DNA of 32,000 nt from contig NZ_KB911066.1 in the NCBI RefSeq assembly GCF_000383295.1, positions 546,836 through 578,835 of the forward strand, given 5' to 3'. The DNA is from Faecalispora sporosphaeroides DSM 1294 (GTDB taxonomy: Bacteria > Bacillota > Clostridia > Oscillospirales > Acutalibacteraceae). The notes beneath the pieces were generated by a model. It saw only the letters and a program-made list of their open reading frames with translations. It was not told the origin of the DNA and searched no databases. Shown piece by piece: positions 1 to 8,871 of the stretch; the first letter of the stretch is position 1, and each line of letters begins with the position of its first letter. The position numbers were made by a program, and so were the translations under genes.

Positions 1-2
1 GC

Positions 3-905
3 CGACCGATTCTCATCGGCGACAACCGTATTTTTGAAAACGCGCTCCGCATGGTAAACGCGGCCGCGCCCCATTACACCATCTCCGAAACTTCAGAGGC
101 CGACTGGAGCAAAGGAATCCCTGTTCTGGACCAAAAAGATCAGGATCCCGCCGAGATTGAAATCGGCAAAATCAACGCGGACTGCGGCAAAGCCGTGAAC
201 CGAATGATCCGGCTGGCATGCCGGCTGTGCCAGGAGGGTGCAATTGAGGGCTTTGTCTTCGCGCCCTTCAATAAGTCCGCCATGATCGAAGGGGGCTGCT
301 CCTTTGAAAGCGAGCACCACCTGATGGCTAATATTTTCGGAGTGACCGGGCCCTTTGGCGAGATCAACGTTTTGGGCGACCTGATGACCACCCGTACAAC
401 AAGTCACATTCCCATCAGCGCGGTCAGTGAAAGCCTGTCGGTAGAACGAATCCTTCGGGCCATTTTGCTCTCTTACCAAACGGTAAAGAACACCGGCGTG
501 GAGCACCCCGTTTTGGGCGTTGCCGCACTCAATCCCCACTGCGGCGAAAACGGGCGCTGCGGCCGGGAAGAACTGGACATCATCGGCCCCGCAATTGAAA
601 AAGCCCGCGAAATGGGGATGGATGCGCAGGGCCCCTTCTCCGCCGACATCCTGTTTATCAAGGCGTTCCGCGGGGATTTTCACAGCGTTGTCACCATGTA
701 CCACGATCAGGGACAAATCGCGTTAAAGCTGAAGGGCTTCGACCAGGGCATCACCGTTGCGGGCGGGCAGCCCTACCCCATTGTTACCTGCGCGCACGGA
801 ACCGCCTATGACATTGCCGGAAAAGGCGTGGTGCATACCTCCGCTTTTGAAAACGCGGTAAAAATGGCCGCCAAAATGGCGGTGCACAAGTACGCAAATT
901 CCTGA
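3..905 (+). CDS. PdxA-family dehydrogenase (4-hydroxythreonine-4-phosphate or 4-phospho-threonate/erythronate dehydrogenase-like), 5' end outside window
   Basis: The reading frame is open upstream of the track's first Met (RPILIGDNRIFENALRMVNAAAP...). PdxA-like motifs: FAPFNKSAM, HHLMANIFGVTG, LNPHCGENG, MYHDQGQIALKLKGFDQGITVAGGQP, AHGTAYDIAGKG. Stop TGA at 903-905. Confidence 0.88.
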   Translation, partial: RPILIGDNRIFENALRMVNAAAPHYTISETSEADWSKGIPVLDQKDQDPAEIEIGKINADCGKAVNRMIRLACRLCQEGAIEGFVFAPFNKSAMIEGGCSFESEHHLMANIFGVTGPFGEINVLGDLMTTRTTSHIPISAVSESLSVERILRAILLSYQTVKNTGVEHPVLGVAALNPHCGENGRCGREELDIIGPAIEKAREMGMDAQGPFSADILFIKAFRGDFHSVVTMYHDQGQIALKLKGFDQGITVAGGQPYPIVTCAHGTAYDIAGKGVVHTSAFENAVKMAAKMAVHKYANS

Positions 906-1035
906 CGGAAACAAGCAGACAGAAGGACCTTGGGGATGCGCGGGGCCGCCGGAAATGGAAGGCCGCACCGCGGGGATTCCCGGGGTATGGGGAGGATTCC
1001 CAAGGCCCTTCTCTGCCGCAAGGAGGATCAAAACG

Positions 1036-1902
1036 ATGAAGCTATGTTATCAGGTGGCAACACCGGATGTTGCGGTCGCACCGTCCGTTACGGCCTTTCA
1101 GGGAGATTTGGAGCACACCTTTTCCCGTCTGGCAGCCATTGGGTACGACGGCGCAGAGCTTATGACGCTGAATCCCGCCGAATTGGATTGGAACCGCGTC
1201 AAGCATACCGCCGAGCGTTACGGGCTCGCGATTCCGCTGGTCTGCACCGGAGAAATTTTCGGTCAGCTGGGTCTCTCTTTTTCCCACCGTGACGAAAGCA
1301 TTCGCCGGGCCGCGGTGGACCGCGTAAAAGAAATCATTGCATTCGCCGGTTTTTTGGGGGCGAACGTAAATATCGGCCGGGTACGGGGCCAGTATTCCGA
1401 CGACATCCCCAAAGAGCAAAGCTACCGCTGGGCCGTCGCCGCTTTGCGGGAGATCAGCACCAGCGCGGAAAAAGAGAATGTGAAAATCGCGCTCGAAACC
1501 GTCACCCTGATGCAGACGAATTTTATCAATACCCTTGAAGAGGCGGTGCAGCTGATTCAAGATGTGAACCACCCCAGCTTTGGCCTGATGATGGATGTCT
1601 TTCACTTGAATCTGGAGGAGAAGAACATCTACGACGCCATCTGGACATACCGGAAATACAATCTGCACGTTCATTTGGCAGACAACAACCGGCGCTACCC
1701 CGGGCACTGCGGGCTGGACTTTTTGAAAATCATACAGTGCTTTCGCAACGCAGGGTATGACGGCGCTTTCAGCACCGAAATTTTTCAAATTCCCGACCAG
1801 GAAAGAGCCGCGCAGGGCGCTATGACCCATTTGGGACCGATTTTGAAAAAGGTGTACGGGCGTCCCTGTTCCCCCGCTGCATTGGAGGTGGATCTCTCTT
1901 GA
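1036..1902 (+). CDS. Sugar phosphate isomerase/epimerase (xylose-isomerase-like TIM barrel)
   Basis: Starts MKLCYQVATPD after an AAGGAGG Shine-Dalgarno at ~1019-1025. Motifs GYDGAELMTLNP, ALETVTLMQTNFINT, MMDVFHLNLEEKN, HLADNNRRYPGHCGLDF. The track start at 955 lies in a non-coding-looking spacer. Confidence 0.85.
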   Translation: MKLCYQVATPDVAVAPSVTAFQGDLEHTFSRLAAIGYDGAELMTLNPAELDWNRVKHTAERYGLAIPLVCTGEIFGQLGLSFSHRDESIRRAAVDRVKEIIAFAGFLGANVNIGRVRGQYSDDIPKEQSYRWAVAALREISTSAEKENVKIALETVTLMQTNFINTLEEAVQLIQDVNHPSFGLMMDVFHLNLEEKNIYDAIWTYRKYNLHVHLADNNRRYPGHCGLDFLKIIQCFRNAGYDGAFSTEIFQIPDQERAAQGAMTHLGPILKKVYGRPCSPAALEVDLS

Positions 1903-2561
1903 AACGAATCGCTTTGCTGCACACCGTCCCCAGTGTTTTTCTTTCTTTCGAGAAACGCATCCGCACCGCTTTGCCGGGCGAGGAGCTGAACATCCACAAT
2001 ACGCTGGACGACTTTTTGGCTTCGGACGCGAATGTGCGGGGCTTTACCCAAAACAACCGCAACAGGCTGTTTTTTCTGCTAAAAGCGATCGAGCTGGAAG
2101 AGCCGGACGTGATTACCGTTACCTGCTCGACGCTCACCCCCGAAGTCGCGCGCATTCGGCCCTTTCTTTCGGTGCCGTTGATCGCAATAGACGACGCCAT
2201 GGCGAAGAAGGCCGTTGCCCTGGGCAGTAAAATCACAGTGATGGCCACGGCGCAAAGCACCGTGGAACCCACCTGCCAAAAGCTTTTGGAGGAGGCCGCC
2301 AAAATCGGCGGAAAGGTAGAGCTTTCTCCCATGGTGTGCCACGACGCGTACGAAGCCATCAAGCGCATGGATCAGCCGGCTCACGACGCGGTTTTGCGCA
2401 AGGCGGCCGGGGGAATCCACGACCAGGATGTCGTTGTGCTGGCACAGGCCTCTATGGCGCATATGGAAAACGAGCTTGCCGCTATTTGCGGGGTCCCGGT
2501 TTTATCCAGCCCCGCGCTTTGTGTGGAGCAGATTGTTCACACCCTTTATCCGGCGCGATAA
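1899..2561 (+). CDS. Asp/Glu/hydantoin racemase superfamily protein
   Basis: MKRIALLHTVPSVF..., VTCSTLTPEVARI (catalytic Cys region), second Cys in VLSSPALCVEQIV. Overlaps the preceding stop by 4 bp. Confidence 0.75.
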   Translation: MKRIALLHTVPSVFLSFEKRIRTALPGEELNIHNTLDDFLASDANVRGFTQNNRNRLFFLLKAIELEEPDVITVTCSTLTPEVARIRPFLSVPLIAIDDAMAKKAVALGSKITVMATAQSTVEPTCQKLLEEAAKIGGKVELSPMVCHDAYEAIKRMDQPAHDAVLRKAAGGIHDQDVVVLAQASMAHMENELAAICGVPVLSSPALCVEQIVHTLYPAR

Positions 2562-2621
2562 ACGTTGCAATCATCAACCAATGCAAAAGCTCCCTGCCTT
2601 TGCGGAATGGAGGATTCATTT

Positions 2622-3464
2622 ATGAGCATCAGCGAAACGCGGCTGGCAGAGCTGAACACCTTCTGCCGCCGTCTGCGCAGCGAACTGATCGACACGCTGC
2701 ACAGCGTGCAGACCGGTCACCCGGGAGGGTCTCTCTCCTGCTGCGAGATTTTAGTCACTTTATACTTTCACCATCTGCGGGTCGACCCCCGAAACCCGCA
2801 GATGGAAGACAGGGACCGCTTTGTCCTGTCCAAAGGGCACGCGGCCCCCATGCTGTACCTTTGCCTGGCCCATAAGGGATTTTTTCCCCTTGTCGATCTC
2901 AAAACTCTGCGCCAAACGGGCAGCCATTTGCAGGGCCACCCCTGCGCGCATAAAACCCCGGGGGTAGAGCTTTCCACCGGCCCGTTGGGTTTGGGGCTTT
3001 CCGCTTCGGTGGGCATGGCGGAGTCCGCCCGCCTGAACCGGCTGGATTACCAGGTGTACACACTTTTGGGCGACGGTGAAATTCAGGAGGGCATTATCTG
3101 GGAGGCCGCCATGACCGCCGCCAAGCTGAAAACCCCGAATCTCGTCGCCATTCTGGATCACAACGGCGTTCAGCTGGACGGCACCAACGAAGAGATTATG
3201 CCCATGGGGGATATCGGCGCCAAATTTGCCTCTTTCGGCTGGCATGTCCTTTCCGCCGACGGACACGACATCGTGTCGCTTTCCAACGCTTTGGAGCAAG
3301 CCAAAGCCTACACCGAAGGCCCCGTCGTCATCCTCGCCAAAACGGTTAAGGGAAAGGGCGTCTCATTTATGGAGGGCAAAAACACCTGGCACGGCAGGCC
3401 GATTTCGGACACAGAATACGAAAGCATACAAAAGGAATGGAAGGGAGCTGGTAACCATGGGTAA
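2622..3464 (+). CDS. Transketolase, N-terminal (TPP-binding) subunit
   Basis: SVQTGHPGGSLSCCEIL, GHAAPMLYLCL, GLGLSASVGMAESARL, LLGDGEIQEGIIWEA, LDHNGVQLDG. Likely start at 2622 after GGAGG at 2609-2613. Confidence 0.92.
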   Translation: MSISETRLAELNTFCRRLRSELIDTLHSVQTGHPGGSLSCCEILVTLYFHHLRVDPRNPQMEDRDRFVLSKGHAAPMLYLCLAHKGFFPLVDLKTLRQTGSHLQGHPCAHKTPGVELSTGPLGLGLSASVGMAESARLNRLDYQVYTLLGDGEIQEGIIWEAAMTAAKLKTPNLVAILDHNGVQLDGTNEEIMPMGDIGAKFASFGWHVLSADGHDIVSLSNALEQAKAYTEGPVVILAKTVKGKGVSFMEGKNTWHGRPISDTEYESIQKEWKGAGNHG

Positions 3465-4398
3465 TCTGGTCGCCATTCGCGATGCTTACGGGAATGCGCT
3501 GGCCCGTCTGGGCGAGGCAAACCCGAAGGTAGTCGTGCTGGAAACCGACGTCGGCTCCTCCACCAAAAGCGCGGTGTTCGGCAGCAAATACCCGGAGCGT
3601 TATTTCAACATTGGCATCTCCGAGCTGGATATGAACGCCATGGCGGCCGGATTTGCCTCCTGCGGGCTGATCCCGTTCACCAATACCTTTGCCGTTTTTA
3701 TGACCCTGCGGGGCGGCGACCCGATCAACAGCCTGATCTGCTACGACAGCCTGAACGTAAAGCTGGCGGGCGCCTACAGCGGCCTTTCCGATTCCTACGA
3801 CGGTGCCAGCCACCACTCCACCGGCGACCTTTCGGTATTGCGCGCCTTACCGAACCTGACCATTCTTTCTGTGTGCGACCCGGTCGAAACGGAAAAAGCC
3901 GTATTTGCCGCCGCCGCCCACCCGGGCCCGGTATACCTGCGGCTAAGCCGCGCGGCGGTTCCCGCCATCTTTGACGAAAGCTACCCGTTTGAAATCGGCA
4001 AGGGCGTGGTTTTGCGGGACGGAAACGACGTCACCATTTTTGCAACCGGGTACCCGGTTCACAAAGCGCTGGAAGCGGCCGAACTGTTGGAAAAAGACGG
4101 CATTCACGCCCGCGTGGTAAACCTGCACACGGTCAAGCCTCTGGACGAAGAGCTGGTAGTCCGCTGCGCGGCGGAGACCGGGGCGGTCGTCACCGCCGAG
4201 GAACACAGCATTTATGGCGGCCTGGGCGGCGCGGTTGCAGAGGTGCTGGCGCGCGAGCGCCCCACCCCGATGGAATTTGTGGGCACTTCCACTTACACCG
4301 AAAGCGGCGATTATGAAGAGCTGCTTGCGAAATATGGACTGAACGGCCCCGCGATTTACCGCAAGGCCAAACAGGTGTTAGCGCGCAAAAAGAAATGA
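3457..4398 (+). CDS. Transketolase, C-terminal (pyrimidine-binding plus C-terminal domain) subunit
   Basis: VVLETDVGSSTKSAVFGSKYPERYFNIGISELDMNAMAAGFASCG, DGASHHSTGDLSVLRALPNLTI, VTAEEHSIYGGLGGAVAEVL. Overlaps the N-subunit stop by 8 bp. The track start at 3226 is an over-extension. Confidence 0.92.
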   Translation: MGNLVAIRDAYGNALARLGEANPKVVVLETDVGSSTKSAVFGSKYPERYFNIGISELDMNAMAAGFASCGLIPFTNTFAVFMTLRGGDPINSLICYDSLNVKLAGAYSGLSDSYDGASHHSTGDLSVLRALPNLTILSVCDPVETEKAVFAAAAHPGPVYLRLSRAAVPAIFDESYPFEIGKGVVLRDGNDVTIFATGYPVHKALEAAELLEKDGIHARVVNLHTVKPLDEELVVRCAAETGAVVTAEEHSIYGGLGGAVAEVLARERPTPMEFVGTSTYTESGDYEELLAKYGLNGPAIYRKAKQVLARKKK

Positions 4399-4478
4399 TT
4401 TTTGCTTTCGCATCCCATCACAAAGCAGAGGGTTCTCATTCACAATACAAAGTGATCTATGAAAAGGAGTGGAAACGC

Positions 4479-5381
4479 ATGAAAGATTCTATTCACAAGT
4501 ATTTTCAGGTCGGCACCATCCATTGGATGTCCTTTCCGCCCGCACGGTATGATTCGCTCGAGTCGCTTCAGCTGATTGCACGGGACGATTTTTATGATGC
4601 AATCGAGATTTCACAAATCAAAGACGACGCCCTGCGCAAGGCGACGAAAGATATTTTGGAGCAATCTCATTTAAAAGTGTGCTACGGCGCGCAGCCCCGG
4701 CTGCTGGGGCCAAAGCTGAACCCCAACGCCCTTGCCGAAGAAGATCGTGTTTTGGCGGAGCAAACGCTGCTGGAAGCTTTGGACGAAGCGGAATATCTGG
4801 GTGCGAAGGGCATTGCCTTTTTGGCCGGAAAATGGGAAGCGGCCAAAAAGGAGCAGGCGTATTCTCAACTGATAAAAACCACCCGCAATGTGTGCAAACG
4901 GGCGGCCGAGAAGGGTATGTTCGTAGAGCTGGAGGTTTTTGACTACGATATGGATAAGGCTGCGCTCATCGGCCCGGCTCCTTATGCGGCAAAGTTTGCC
5001 GCCGATGTGCGCTCCTGCTGCAGCAATTTCGGCCTGATGGTAGACCTTTCGCACTTCCCCACGACGTATGAAACCAGCAAATTTGTCATTCAGACCCTGC
5101 GGCCTTACATCACCCACCTGCACATAGGCAACGCCGTGGTGAAAGAGGGCTTTGACGCATACGGCGACATGCACCCGCGCTTTGGGTACCCAAACAGCGC
5201 CAATGATACCGAGCAGCTTCTGGACTTTTTTACCGTGCTGAAACAGGAAGGCTTTTTCAATGCGCAGAATCCTCTGGTGCTTTCCTCAGAGGTTTCCCCC
5301 CGCCCTCACGAGGACGCCCACATCGTTTTGGCCAATACCAAGCGGGTCATCAACCGTGCATGGGCATTGCTGGAGGAGTAA
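4479..5381 (+). CDS. Second sugar phosphate isomerase/epimerase (TIM barrel)
   Basis: MKDSIHKYFQVGTIHWMSFP..., DAIEISQIKD, LGAKGIAFLAGKWE, MVDLSHFPTTYETS, HLHIGNAVV. AAAAGGAG precedes the ATG at 4479. Confidence 0.8.
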   Translation: MKDSIHKYFQVGTIHWMSFPPARYDSLESLQLIARDDFYDAIEISQIKDDALRKATKDILEQSHLKVCYGAQPRLLGPKLNPNALAEEDRVLAEQTLLEALDEAEYLGAKGIAFLAGKWEAAKKEQAYSQLIKTTRNVCKRAAEKGMFVELEVFDYDMDKAALIGPAPYAAKFAADVRSCCSNFGLMVDLSHFPTTYETSKFVIQTLRPYITHLHIGNAVVKEGFDAYGDMHPRFGYPNSANDTEQLLDFFTVLKQEGFFNAQNPLVLSSEVSPRPHEDAHIVLANTKRVINRAWALLEE

Positions 5382-5420
5382 GTACCGTTTTTTAATCAAA
5401 TTCAGAACGGAGGTCTTGTC

Positions 5421-6377
5421 ATGAAAATCGTCATTTTAGACGGTTATACCGAAAACCCCGGCGATTTGAGCTGGGATGGCTTTGCGGCATTGGGTGAGCT
5501 GACGGTATACGACCGCACCCCTGCCGACCAGATTCTTTCGCGCATTGGCGACGCGGAAATCGTGATTACAAATAAAACCCCGCTCACCCGTGAAACATTT
5601 GCCGCCTGCCCCGGCATGCGCTATGTGGGAGTGCTGGCTACCGGCTATAACGTGGTGGACATAGAGGCCGCGAAAGAAAAGGGAATTCCGGTCACCAACA
5701 TTCCAACTTACGGCACCACCGCCGTTGCGCAGATGGTGTTCGCTCTGCTGCTTGAAATCTGCCACCATGTCGGTGATCATTCCGAGGCCGTTCACCGCGG
5801 AGAATGGACCAGCTGCCCCGATTTTTGCTTTTGGAATACCCCGCTGATAGAACTGGCGGGCAAAACCATGGGTATAATCGGCTTTGGGCGAATCGGGCAA
5901 AACACGGCGCAGATCGCCCGTGCCTTTGGCCTGCGGGTATTGGCCTATGACGAATACCCAAACGACGCTGCCCGCGCCCTGGGCGACTATGTCACGCTCG
6001 ACGAGCTGCTGGCGCAATCGGATATCGTCTCCCTGCACTGCCCTCTGTTCCCGTCCACAGAGGGGATCATCAACAAAGACAGCATTGCGAAAATGAAGGA
6101 CGGGGTCATCCTGATCAACACTTCCCGCGGCCCGCTGGTAGAACAGGCCGATTTGGCACAGGCACTGAATTCCGGCAAGGTGTATGCCGCCGGGCTGGAC
6201 GTAGTAGCCACAGAGCCGATTCGGGCAGACAACCCGCTGCTCAGCGCCAAAAACTGCATCATCACTCCCCACATTGCCTGGGCGCCCAAAGAGAGCCGCG
6301 CCCGCCTGATGGAGATTGCGGTGAACAACCTGAAGGCGTTTTTGGAGCAGAAACCGGTGAACGTGGTAAACGCATAA
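5421..6377 (+). CDS. D-2-hydroxyacid dehydrogenase (hydroxypyruvate/glycerate dehydrogenase-like)
   Basis: MGIIGFGRIGQNTAQIARAFG (Rossmann motif), DIVSLHCPLFPSTEGIINKDSIAKMKDGVILINTSRGPLV, AAGLDVVATEP, CIITPHIAWAPKESR. Confidence 0.93.
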   Translation: MKIVILDGYTENPGDLSWDGFAALGELTVYDRTPADQILSRIGDAEIVITNKTPLTRETFAACPGMRYVGVLATGYNVVDIEAAKEKGIPVTNIPTYGTTAVAQMVFALLLEICHHVGDHSEAVHRGEWTSCPDFCFWNTPLIELAGKTMGIIGFGRIGQNTAQIARAFGLRVLAYDEYPNDAARALGDYVTLDELLAQSDIVSLHCPLFPSTEGIINKDSIAKMKDGVILINTSRGPLVEQADLAQALNSGKVYAAGLDVVATEPIRADNPLLSAKNCIITPHIAWAPKESRARLMEIAVNNLKAFLEQKPVNVVNA

Positions 6378-6394
6378 TCCCTACTCATATTTCA

Positions 6395-6434
6395 TAGAAG
6401 CACAGCGGCGGGATTCCCTGCCGCTGTGCTTCTA
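6395..6434. repeat. Strong intra-operon inverted repeat / hairpin
   Basis: TAGAAGCACAGCGGC (6395-6409) is the exact reverse complement of GCCGCTGTGCTTCTA (6420-6434). The stem extends by 3 more pairs (one G.T) to a 4-nt loop. No U-tract follows. Confidence 0.9.
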
Positions 6435-6450
6435 AAAAGGACGGATGATC

Positions 6451-7587
6451 ATGAAGAAATTCCTATTGATTCCCGATTCTTTCAAGGGCACCATGAGTTC
6501 CGCGGAAATCTGTTCCCTGATGAAAGAAAAAATTCAGGAATATTACCCCGCCGCGGAAGTTCATTCGATTCCGGTCGCCGACGGCGGCGAAGGAAGCGTG
6601 GACTGCTTTTTGCAGGCTCTGGGCGGTGAAAAAGTGTTTGTAACAACACAAAATCCCTTTTTTGAACCGGTCGACAGCTATTACGGTTTGATCGACGACG
6701 GCCGCACGGCTGTAATCGAAATGGCGGCCAGCGCCGGGCTCCCCCTCGTCGAGGACCGCAGGAACCCGATGAAAGCCTCGACCTTCGGGGTGGGGGAATT
6801 GATCCTGCACGCGGCCCGAAAGGGCGTATCCAAAATCGTCATGGGGCTTGGGGGCAGCTGTACCAACGACGGCGGCTGCGGCGCCGCCTGCGCGGTGGGC
6901 GTCCGCTTTCTGGATGAAGCCGGTAACAGCTTTGTTCCAACAGGAGACACCTTACACCGCATTCGGCGGCTGGATCTTTCCCAAACAGAACCGATGATAA
7001 AAGACATTGAATTTGTCACGATGTGCGACATCGACAACCCGATGTACGGCCCCACCGGCGCGGCGGCCGTATTCGGCCCCCAAAAGGGCGCAACGCCGGA
7101 AGAGGTTGCGCTGCTGGACGCAGGCGTACAGCACCTGAGCCAAATCATTCGGCAGGCCATGGGGCTTGATCTGGCGTTTGTTCCGGGAACGGGAGCCGCC
7201 GGAGCCATGGGCGCCGGCATGGCGGCGTTCTTCCATTCCCGGCTGCAAATGGGAATTCAGACCATACTCGACACGGTACAGTTTGAAAAACTCGCCGCAG
7301 GGGCCGATATGATTTTTACCGGCGAAGGCAAGCTGGACAGCCAGAGCCTGCGCGGCAAGGTCGTTATCGGCGTCGCCCGCAGGGCCAAAGCGCTTGGGGT
7401 ACCTGTCACCGCTTTGGTCGGCGACATCGGCGACGATATAGAGGCCGCTTACGACGAAGGCGTCAGCGCTGTTTTCAGCATTAACCGGGTCGCCGTGGAT
7501 TTTTCGGTGGCCAGACTGCGTTCACGGCAGGATTTGTCTCTGACGATAGACAACTTAATGCGGTTTTACCGGGCGATGAAGCTATAA
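6451..7587 (+). CDS. Glycerate kinase (GarK/GlxK family)
   Basis: KKFLLIPDSFKGTMSSAEIC, VADGGEGSVDCF, GLGGSCTNDGGCGAACAVG, DNPMYGPTGAAAVFGPQKGA, GTGAAGAMGAGM. ATG 6445 is in-frame; 6451 is better spaced from AGGA (~6438-6441). Confidence 0.94.
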   Translation: MKKFLLIPDSFKGTMSSAEICSLMKEKIQEYYPAAEVHSIPVADGGEGSVDCFLQALGGEKVFVTTQNPFFEPVDSYYGLIDDGRTAVIEMAASAGLPLVEDRRNPMKASTFGVGELILHAARKGVSKIVMGLGGSCTNDGGCGAACAVGVRFLDEAGNSFVPTGDTLHRIRRLDLSQTEPMIKDIEFVTMCDIDNPMYGPTGAAAVFGPQKGATPEEVALLDAGVQHLSQIIRQAMGLDLAFVPGTGAAGAMGAGMAAFFHSRLQMGIQTILDTVQFEKLAAGADMIFTGEGKLDSQSLRGKVVIGVARRAKALGVPVTALVGDIGDDIEAAYDEGVSAVFSINRVAVDFSVARLRSRQDLSLTIDNLMRFYRAMKL

Positions 7588-7801
7588 GGCTCAGGGAAAA
7601 ACTCCCATTTTACCGCTTTTCATGGATGCGCTGTTTGCCGCAGAGGGAGCTGATTTTCTCATTCCCGCCGCTGCGGAAACCGGCGAGACGCATGAAAACA
7701 ACCCAGCGCGGCGCCAAAAGCATTCGTTTAATGTTTTGGAATCCCGTTTGCACCCTCTTTTGCATAAGTCTCAAGAATGTTGTCAACATCCTACAAAAGA
7801 T

Positions 7802-7845
7802 GAAAGGATACCGTCCTTTGCGGGCAGTATCCTTTCCGTTTTATT
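7802..7845 (+). terminator. Intrinsic terminator, possibly bidirectional, between convergent genes
   Basis: GAAAGGATAC (7802-7811) pairs with GTATCCTTTC (7827-7836), followed by CGTTTTATTT. Confidence 0.75.
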
Positions 7846-7851
7846 TCTGGA

Positions 7852-8835
7852 TTAAAGAGTTTCAAACGGGGCGATGATTTCGCTGATTTTTTCCATCATC
7901 TCCTCATCGATCTCCCAGGTCAGGCAATGGATGTTCTGTTCCAGCTGCTGAATCGAGGATGCGCCCCCGATGATGCAGGTGACCTCCGGCTTTTGTCTCA
8001 GCCAGTTCAGCGCGATTTCGTTCATGGGCCTCCCGTATTCATCCGCAAGCTTCTTCAGCTTTTTCCCCGCCTCAAAATACCGCTCAAACTGGGGCCCCAC
8101 CAGCTTTGGATTCTCGTTGCGGATATCATGCCTGGAAAAGGTGATCCCGGAATGGAACTTACCCGCCAGCAGGCCCTGGAACAGCGGGCTGTAAGGCAAA
8201 AACGCCTGCCCGTGTTTTCTGACGGCGGGCAGCACCTCCGCCTCCGTGCGGTACTCCAGCGGAATACCGTGGTAGCTGGTGGTGTTCCGCTCCAGCATGT
8301 TATACAGGCTCTGCTGACAATGCACCGGTGTCAGCTTTCTCATCCTCTCCACATCCGCCTGAGAAAAATTGCTCAGTCCCACATAACGGATTTTACCGGC
8401 CTGTTTGATCTCCTCCAGCGCTTCGGCGGTTTCCTCCAGCGGCACGTTGGGGTCGGGCCAGTGCATCTGGTAAATATCGATATGGTCCGTCTGCAGCCTT
8501 GTCAGGGTTTGGTCAATCTCCTTCATCAGGCTCTTTTTGGAAAGGTTGTTGGTCGTTTCGTGCGCATCGTTCCAGAGGAGCCCGCCCTTCGACGCAATCA
8601 AAACCTTATCCCTCAAACGCCCCTGTTTCAGGGCCATTCCCAGCACCTGCTCCGAGTGCCCCCATCCGTACACAGGGGCCACGTCAAAAAAGTTGATTCC
8701 CAAATCAATCGCCCTGTGGATGATATCGACGGATTTCCTATCGTCCGTCGAATCCCAGTCGCCGCCGAAATTCCAGCAGCCCACGCCGATGACGGAGATT
8801 TCTTCCTCTATCATCTTCACCTTTTTGTAAAGCAT
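7852..8835 (-). CDS. Aldo/keto reductase
   Basis: ISVIGVGCWNFGG, GINFFDVAPVYGWGHSEQVLG, KVLIASKGG, DHIDIYQMHWPDP, AGKIRYVGLSNFS, CIIGGASS. GGAGG upstream of the ATG at 8835. Confidence 0.93.
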   Translation of the reverse strand: MLYKKVKMIEEEISVIGVGCWNFGGDWDSTDDRKSVDIIHRAIDLGINFFDVAPVYGWGHSEQVLGMALKQGRLRDKVLIASKGGLLWNDAHETTNNLSKKSLMKEIDQTLTRLQTDHIDIYQMHWPDPNVPLEETAEALEEIKQAGKIRYVGLSNFSQADVERMRKLTPVHCQQSLYNMLERNTTSYHGIPLEYRTEAEVLPAVRKHGQAFLPYSPLFQGLLAGKFHSGITFSRHDIRNENPKLVGPQFERYFEAGKKLKKLADEYGRPMNEIALNWLRQKPEVTCIIGGASSIQQLEQNIHCLTWEIDEEMMEKISEIIAPFETL

Positions 8836-8871
8836 AATCGCGCACCTCCACCGCTCTAATAATTGTATGGT

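Noticed and set aside
1042-1830. Long minus-strand ORF (262 aa) opposite the first isomerase
   Set aside because: It lies fully antisense to a gene with clear family motifs and has no recognisable domain; typical of GC-rich mirror reading frames. The same reasoning applies to 93-716, 2760-3299, 5436-6272, 14534-15400, 16912-17811, 19726-20760, 21108-21806 and 23543-24058.
2622-4398. Transketolase gene broken by a frameshift (pseudogene)
   Set aside because: The break is at the natural boundary between the N and C halves, each with its own start. Split transketolases are well known.
7622-7877. Two overlapping small plus-strand ORFs (77 and 83 aa) after glycerate kinase
   Set aside because: They run through the predicted terminator stem-loop at 7802-7836 and into the end of a convergent gene; no domain signal.
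7927-8859. 310-aa plus-strand ORF opposite the aldo/keto reductase
   Set aside because: Composition is Arg/His/Gly/Gln-rich with no motif, while the minus-strand reading is an unmistakable aldo/keto reductase with a good Shine-Dalgarno. Plus-strand ORFs 8863-9630, 10801-11148, 11830-12321 and 27053-27955 were rejected for the same reason.
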